64,000 bases of DNA, taken from an uncultured virus (IMG/VR IMGVR_UViG_3300025121_000021). Lineage: Duplodnaviria > Heunggongvirae > Uroviricota > Caudoviricetes. The stretch lies in the IMG/VR virus record IMGVR_UViG_3300025121_000021; one strand, 5' to 3'. Positions 59,264 to 64,000 of the stretch are shown piece by piece; position 1 is the first letter of the stretch, and each line of letters starts with the position of its first letter. A program made the position numbers and the translations under genes. Under the pieces are notes generated by a model that was given only the letters and a program-made list of their open reading frames with translations, did no database searches and was not told the DNA's origin.

Positions 59264-60294
59264 GGTTTGGTCGTCCTAAAGAAATCTCGACGGGTTTTTT
59301 TAGCACCGGGACAAAAGCGTTCAAAATATTCTTCTTCGTCATCTGTCAAATCTTTGACTGGTGTTGGATGAAGACCTATTGCTCGGGGTTCTATAATGGC
59401 CTTTTCAACCACTTTATAAGGCTTATCCATTGCTATTCTTGATAATGCATCTTCTGGATATGTGATACATGATAAATCATTTTCTTTTAGAATCTCTTTT
59501 AGTGTTAATTGTTCGGTGTCGAATAAGTCTTTTAAGGAAATTTTCCCTTCTTCTTTGCCCATCATACACCATCTACCAGTAAAGGTAGGATCGGTAAAGA
59601 TGTTTCCGATAACACCATAAAATCTAGTTTCTGCATTATCTTTGTCATCTGTCTCACTATGGAAAGCTCCCATAGAATTATGAGAATGAATTTGCATAAC
59701 CTGTAAGTTTTTAGACTCATGAATAGGTGATAAATATGTAATTTTGCTATCTTTCTTCTGATCGTCTTCGTCGAAATCAAAGAATTTAATAGCAGCACCA
59801 CTTATTACTTGAATAGGAATATCAAGGAAATATTTTTTAGCTTCTGTATCCCACAAAATACGTGTCATAACTTCTACATTTTGCTCGGCAATGGCACATA
59901 CGTCAGTCGCTAAGATAAAACTTTGAAGTAATAACTCAATTGGAATTTTAGGAAGTAGGTAAACAAATCCATTCTCTTTAATAGAATTTTCGGTATATAG
60001 TAACGGTTCATCATACCCATGTGCCTTCTTCATAAAGAGAGCAAATTTTTGATATTCAACGCGATAAATACCGTTCTCTTGTATAGAATAAGCCACTGGA
60101 TGTTTAAGCGCAATAAAATCTTGAGCTGATCCTCCTAATACTTTAGGAATATATTTTGCCGCTAATTTATTTGTGGAAATAGTAGCAGGAGAAATAAGCT
60201 TACTTAAACTTTCTCTTTTTTTCTGAATCAAAGATTTAACTTTGTCATTATTTTCGCGTAGTTCATCAGATAAAAAGTAGAATTTCTTATCCAT
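59260..60294 (-). CDS. JAB/MPN+ metalloprotease (PRTRC protein A-like deubiquitinase)
   Basis: LPKIP, E.M..I.WD, P.Q..S and IHSHNSMGAFHSETDDKD (HxH-x7-S-x2-D), then YGVIG. Confidence 0.85.
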   Translation of the reverse strand: MDKKFYFLSDELRENNDKVKSLIQKKRESLSKLISPATISTNKLAAKYIPKVLGGSAQDFIALKHPVAYSIQENGIYRVEYQKFALFMKKAHGYDEPLLYTENSIKENGFVYLLPKIPIELLLQSFILATDVCAIAEQNVEVMTRILWDTEAKKYFLDIPIQVISGAAIKFFDFDEDDQKKDSKITYLSPIHESKNLQVMQIHSHNSMGAFHSETDDKDNAETRFYGVIGNIFTDPTFTGRWCMMGKEEGKISLKDLFDTEQLTLKEILKENDLSCITYPEDALSRIAMDKPYKVVEKAIIEPRAIGLHPTPVKDLTDDEEEYFERFCPGAKKTRRDFFRTTKP

Positions 60295-60977
60295 TAGATA
60301 ACTCCATCTATGTTATTGTTACGCAACCATACACGAAGATTTCCAATGCTATTTAAAGCATTATTTGGGAAAATTTTTCCACATAATGTTTGAGCTAATT
60401 CTTTTTGACCGTAATTTTGGTATTCGGCTATCACTGGTTTTTGATATAAATCATCATTAAATGTAGAAGATAGAAAATTATTAATAATTCCGATAGCACT
60501 TTCAATTCCATTTAAAACATGCTCAGTTGATCCCCAGCAAATTTTTCCATCATTATATGTATTACCATATGGCCAATGGTAGATTTCGGTACTTTGAGTC
60601 AGGGCATAATGTTTTAAACATATACAATAAGTATATGTGCTTGAACCAGCTTTAACAAATACAAATAAGGTGATAGGGATAGGAACATTATCAATTGCCT
60701 CAACAGCTGCACCTGTTCTTTTGTTATGGTAATTATAAGTTAATAAACTTGCTGGGTATGTAAATAAAAGAATTTCTTTATTGAGATTTCTGGTGTAATA
60801 AGAAATACCAAAACTATGAAAAGGGCCTAATTTAACTTCTTGTTTATCAACGAAGAAATTAGCAATTAAATGATCTGGAATTGTTTTATATATAATTTCA
60901 TTAGAGGCAGAAATAAATTTTGCATTAACTTCGCTTGAATTTTCTTCTAAAGTTAATATTAATTTTGAGTTATTCAT
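60294..60977 (-). CDS. Prokaryotic E2-like conjugating enzyme (Prok-E2_D / PRTRC protein B-like)
   Basis: P.P..LF, YHWPYGNTYNDGKICWG (catalytic Cys) and F..S.FN.D. Confidence 0.8.
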   Translation of the reverse strand: MNNSKLILTLEENSSEVNAKFISASNEIIYKTIPDHLIANFFVDKQEVKLGPFHSFGISYYTRNLNKEILLFTYPASLLTYNYHNKRTGAAVEAIDNVPIPITLFVFVKAGSSTYTYCICLKHYALTQSTEIYHWPYGNTYNDGKICWGSTEHVLNGIESAIGIINNFLSSTFNDDLYQKPVIAEYQNYGQKELAQTLCGKIFPNNALNSIGNLRVWLRNNNIDGVI

Positions 60978-60986
60978 TCTTTCCTC

Positions 60987-61766
60987 TTAAAGCCCATAAG
61001 TGATTACGTTGTTAATGTCTGTTACGAGAACGTTTGGAGGGGCAAATAAATTGCCGTCTATATAAAGAACTGAATTTTTATTTATGGCTTCTAATAAAAT
61101 TTTTAGATAAAGCGGTTGAGTTGTATCAATTTTGTTAATGTTATAACAAGTTCTATCAATCTCTAAAATATGAGTTAGTTTATTTGGTTGCCATACGTTA
61201 AACTCATAAACAATATTTTTAAATGTTGCTTTGATCTTTTTTGCTGTACTTCGTTGCAAATTATTACTACAAGATATTAAATAATTAAATACTTGTTCTG
61301 TTACGTCTATAGAAAGAGAATTCAACAATTGATTATTTATAATTTTATAACCTAAAGCTATATTAGGATTTTTTGTTGTTAATTTATTTTTAATATTCAT
61401 CAGAACATTAAAATCTTGTAGTATATTAATATTTTGATTTTCGTTTATTAAACAATAATCATAAATATTAAATAATTGTTCTGTAGTTGCACAATCAAAT
61501 AGGGCATGTGAACTTATCATAAAATTTGTAGACGTTAAATGAATTTGATTAACAGTAGGATTCGTTTTAAGGGCTTCTAAAATAGTTTCAGTCTTTTTAA
61601 GTAAATTGAGAAGTCCTCGTTTATTGCAATTTTCCATTCCTGGAATCGTTATTCGCATTCTTTCAATTCTTTTTTTATCTTCTGGAGTTAATGAAGTTAA
61701 AAATTTAGCAAAATTTTCTAAGATATTGTAAAACCCAATTACATCTTCTATCTCTATGGTATTCAT
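60987..61766 (-). CDS. Hypothetical protein in Ubl operon
   Basis: 259-aa Asn-rich ORF. Confidence 0.6.
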   Translation of the reverse strand: MNTIEIEDVIGFYNILENFAKFLTSLTPEDKKRIERMRITIPGMENCNKRGLLNLLKKTETILEALKTNPTVNQIHLTSTNFMISSHALFDCATTEQLFNIYDYCLINENQNINILQDFNVLMNIKNKLTTKNPNIALGYKIINNQLLNSLSIDVTEQVFNYLISCSNNLQRSTAKKIKATFKNIVYEFNVWQPNKLTHILEIDRTCYNINKIDTTQPLYLKILLEAINKNSVLYIDGNLFAPPNVLVTDINNVITYGL

Positions 61767-62032
61767 ACGAAGTCTCCATTAGTAGAAACAGAAGAAATTT
61801 TCTTGTAATTAGTAGCGACTAAGGCCCAATTAATTTTTTTAGCTTTTTGTTCTAGAAGATAAGCTTTTGCTTTATCAATTAATGGTTGATACAGTTTTAA
61901 ATATTTTAAAAAGTTATCAGCTTCTGTTACTCCTTTAGTAGTTCCTATTATGGACTTTAGGAGTAAGAACTCATATTCTTGAAGATCACTTTTTTTGTAT
62001 TTTTCAATTGTTTCTTGAAGATTTTTAAACAT
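61763..62032 (-). CDS. Hypothetical protein in Ubl operon
   Basis: 89-aa ORF with ATGA coupling. Confidence 0.55.
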   Translation of the reverse strand: MFKNLQETIEKYKKSDLQEYEFLLLKSIIGTTKGVTEADNFLKYLKLYQPLIDKAKAYLLEQKAKKINWALVATNYKKISSVSTNGDFV

Positions 62033-62054
62033 GTATCTTTTTTTTAGATAGGTT

Positions 62055-62094
62055 GAAAAAGGAAAGGGCTAGGAGAGACTTCCCCTAGCCCTTT
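62055..62094 (-). terminator. Intrinsic terminator-like hairpin downstream of the Ubl gene
   Basis: 11-bp stem AAAGGGCTAGG/CCTAGCCCTTT (62063-62073/62084-62094), followed on the - strand by CCTTTTT. Confidence 0.7.
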
Positions 62095-62121
62095 TTGGTT
62101 GGTCAAACGACTAATTTTTTT

Positions 62122-62304
62122 TTAGCCTAACTCTCCACGCTTTTGCTTAAAATCAAATACGGTGTTTCCATCCTCAGTATGAGTGGAAACTTCCACGTTG
62201 CGGGCGCCTTGGCCGTTTACCGCAACAATAATTGCCCTTGCATCTTCAAGGGTAGCAGTGGAAGCGAGTTCATACGTTTGACCATTGTAACGTGCACTAA
62301 CCAT
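62122..62304 (-). CDS. Prokaryotic ubiquitin-like protein (Prok_Ub / PRTRC protein C-like)
   Basis: 60 aa: YNG near the N-terminus, 'T.E..R' helix, C-terminal F....G.xG (FDFKQKRGELG). Strong AAGGAGG RBS, upstream of E2/JAB/E1. Confidence 0.7.
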   Translation of the reverse strand: MVSARYNGQTYELASTATLEDARAIIVAVNGQGARNVEVSTHTEDGNTVFDFKQKRGELG

Positions 62305-62319
62305 AAATCCTCCTTTTGG

Positions 62320-62583
62320 TTAACCAAACTTCAATATACTATGATCTATAGTAAAAGTTATTTCATTTTTATCGATGGTGATTGTGCTTACATTTAAATT
62401 TGGTGTTCTAATTATTTCTGGAGTAGTTAAAGTAAAATTTTCTTTTAGTGTTGGTAATAATTGTTTTAGTTTTTCGTTATTAATAAGAATGATATATGTT
62501 TCATTAACTTCTGAAATTGTTAAGTCTTTATCTTCTAAGCTAGGATAAAGTTCTAATATCTTTTTTTTTATGTTATTTAACAT
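62320..62583 (-). CDS. Hypothetical protein
   Basis: ORF in operon. Confidence 0.5.
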   Translation of the reverse strand: MLNNIKKKILELYPSLEDKDLTISEVNETYIILINNEKLKQLLPTLKENFTLTTPEIIRTPNLNVSTITIDKNEITFTIDHSILKFG

Positions 62584-62586
62584 TTT

Positions 62587-62934
62587 TTAACCTGATTGTA
62601 AAACTAAAAAAAAGATTGAATATGTAAAAAGAACTCCACTCAAAAATGAAACTACATACCATTTGGTTTCGTTTATTGCCGGAGATTTACTACTAATTAA
62701 TTGTTTCTTTAACAATATAAGATTATATTTCAAATTTTCGTTTTGTTTAATAGTTTGAGTATATTCAAGAATAAGTAAATCTTTTAAATCTTTTGTTTCG
62801 AGAATTTGTAATACTTTTTCTCTTGATAATAAATACCCATTATAAGGACTATCTTCTCCTTTTTGTAAATAAACTGGTTCCTCTGCAAAACTTAAATTGC
62901 AAAAAAGAAATAATGAAATAAGTATTAATCGCAT
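62587..62934 (-). CDS. Exported/membrane protein
   Basis: Signal peptide, coiled coil and C-terminal TM helix. Confidence 0.55.
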   Translation of the reverse strand: MRLILISLFLFCNLSFAEEPVYLQKGEDSPYNGYLLSREKVLQILETKDLKDLLILEYTQTIKQNENLKYNLILLKKQLISSKSPAINETKWYVVSFLSGVLFTYSIFFLVLQSG

Positions 62935-63380
62935 GTTTTTGCTTCTCGTACCTTCTTGATCATATCTAAAAGTAATTCATTCATTTCCCAAGACGCATCT
63001 TGATCTTTTTTTGTGAAGACTGTTAGAAGATATTGATAATCTTTGTCTTCAAGTTTAACATCTAAAGATTTAGATTTATCTTTATCCCATTGAAAATGAT
63101 TATTAGAACTTTCAAGTTCTATCTCTTTTGCTTCTTCTTCGCTTATTGTAATCTTTTTTAAAATTTTTAATCCAGATTCTAAATCTTCTGTACTACCTTT
63201 TAGTCCTCTGACTAAAGAAGTAATATATAAGCGTTCATAAATACTAAGTTCTTTTATTTCTTTCATATAACCTCTTAGATTATTAATCCTAATTCTGCAA
63301 TGGCTTTTTGTAACTCTATATATTCTTCTTCTGATACTTCTTCCAGCTTGTCTGGATAAATTAAATCTATAATATTCCAA
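62925..63380 (-). CDS. Hypothetical protein (true start probably the internal MKEIKEL)
   Basis: The internal ATG has a GAGG RBS, and the 5' extension overlaps the neighbouring gene. Confidence 0.5.
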   Translation of the reverse strand: MEYYRFNLSRQAGRSIRRRIYRVTKSHCRIRINNLRGYMKEIKELSIYERLYITSLVRGLKGSTEDLESGLKILKKITISEEEAKEIELESSNNHFQWDKDKSKSLDVKLEDKDYQYLLTVFTKKDQDASWEMNELLLDMIKKVREAKTCD

Positions 63381-63607
63381 GCAAAACGAGCTTCAGAGAC
63401 CTTCATTGGGTATTTATTTAAATAAGGAATATTTGTTGTTCCATCTAATACCAAACAATATATAGTATCTTGATGTTCAAATACCATTTGTAATCTTACA
63501 GATGTAATTTCTCCAACTTCATTATGGAGATATGGATATTTTAATCCACCAGGAGTAAAATATGTTTTCTTAAGATCCTTTTCTTTTGCATTCCAAATGA
63601 TTTTCAT
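63275..63607 (-). CDS. Hypothetical protein
   Basis: ORF in operon. Confidence 0.55.
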   Translation of the reverse strand: MKIIWNAKEKDLKKTYFTPGGLKYPYLHNEVGEITSVRLQMVFEHQDTIYCLVLDGTTNIPYLNKYPMKVSEARFAWNIIDLIYPDKLEEVSEEEYIELQKAIAELGLII

Positions 63608-63885
63608 TTATCCCTCTTCTTTTTCGTTTCTGGAACAGGGGCTTCTGTCACTTTACATACCATTTCAAATGTTGCTACATTGCCTGTTAAATCACGTACC
63701 ATAGCATAATGAGTAGGTGTGCTATCAACGGTTTTGATGATATGAATTAGTCGCCACTTATTCTTACAAGCTTCACATTGAATATCTGCCATGTAATCAA
63801 AAGTGGCAGAGATTTCTTGTCCACATCTAGCTTCTGAATTAGACCCTTCTTTATGTTTACATCTAAACTTTACATTAAACTGCAT
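63604..63885 (-). CDS. Zn-ribbon-like hypothetical protein
   Basis: C..., RCG and CEAC, with an AGGAGG RBS. Confidence 0.55.
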   Translation of the reverse strand: MQFNVKFRCKHKEGSNSEARCGQEISATFDYMADIQCEACKNKWRLIHIIKTVDSTPTHYAMVRDLTGNVATFEMVCKVTEAPVPETKKKRDK

Positions 63886-64000
63886 TAAGCCTCCTGGTTA
63901 ATAATATCCATTTCATCTTTAATATAAGAAAGCATTTGATTTTGGAAAAACAAATGAACATCCTGATGTTGTAACGCTTCAAGATTGAATTTGTATCCGT

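Noticed and set aside
1520..62397. Numerous short antisense or alternate-frame ORFs in the track (e.g. 3888..4145, 7242..7592, 9060..9419, 21829..22200, 25396..25863, 33421..33813)
   Set aside because: They are shadow ORFs nested in well-supported genes, with no RBS or recognisable motifs.
1..64000. Stop-codon reassignment (genetic code 15 or 4)
   Set aside because: Long conserved genes are intact in code 11, and TAG, TGA and TAA all terminate bona fide genes. The few internal stops involve all three codons.

Overview
This is an AT-rich, gene-dense segment of a large tailed-phage genome. A + strand block (1-13.9 kb) holds a tail-fibre-like gene, an actin-like ATPase, holin-like genes, a Cas4-like nuclease, a primase-helicase, an amidase endolysin, a resolvase and PhoH. 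It converges on a ~50 kb - strand block holding a Maf-like glycosyltransferase, PurB/PurA, IMPDH, ThyX, Hsp20, DnaE, an SF2 helicase, a GGQ release-factor-like protein, class II RNR, dUTPase, UDG, RecA and SpoVG/SpoVR/YeaH/PrkA. Two things stand out. (1) At 57.5-62.3 kb, a PRTRC-type ubiquitin-like conjugation operon (Ubl, E2, JAB, E1) runs directly into a ~300-nt, highly base-paired non-coding region with a retron-style 15-bp inverted repeat. That is followed by a small retron-like reverse transcriptase (YVDN motif) whose stop overlaps the start of prkA. (2) A dispersed family of at least 8 ~117-aa DUF1566/C-type-lectin-like genes has conserved, mosaic ends and a hypervariable NNC/NNT-codon middle resembling DGR variable regions, yet no template repeat or DGR-type RT is visible in the window. 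Several small accessory genes carry single stops or frameshifts. All functional calls come from motif recognition by eye; no database searches were run.
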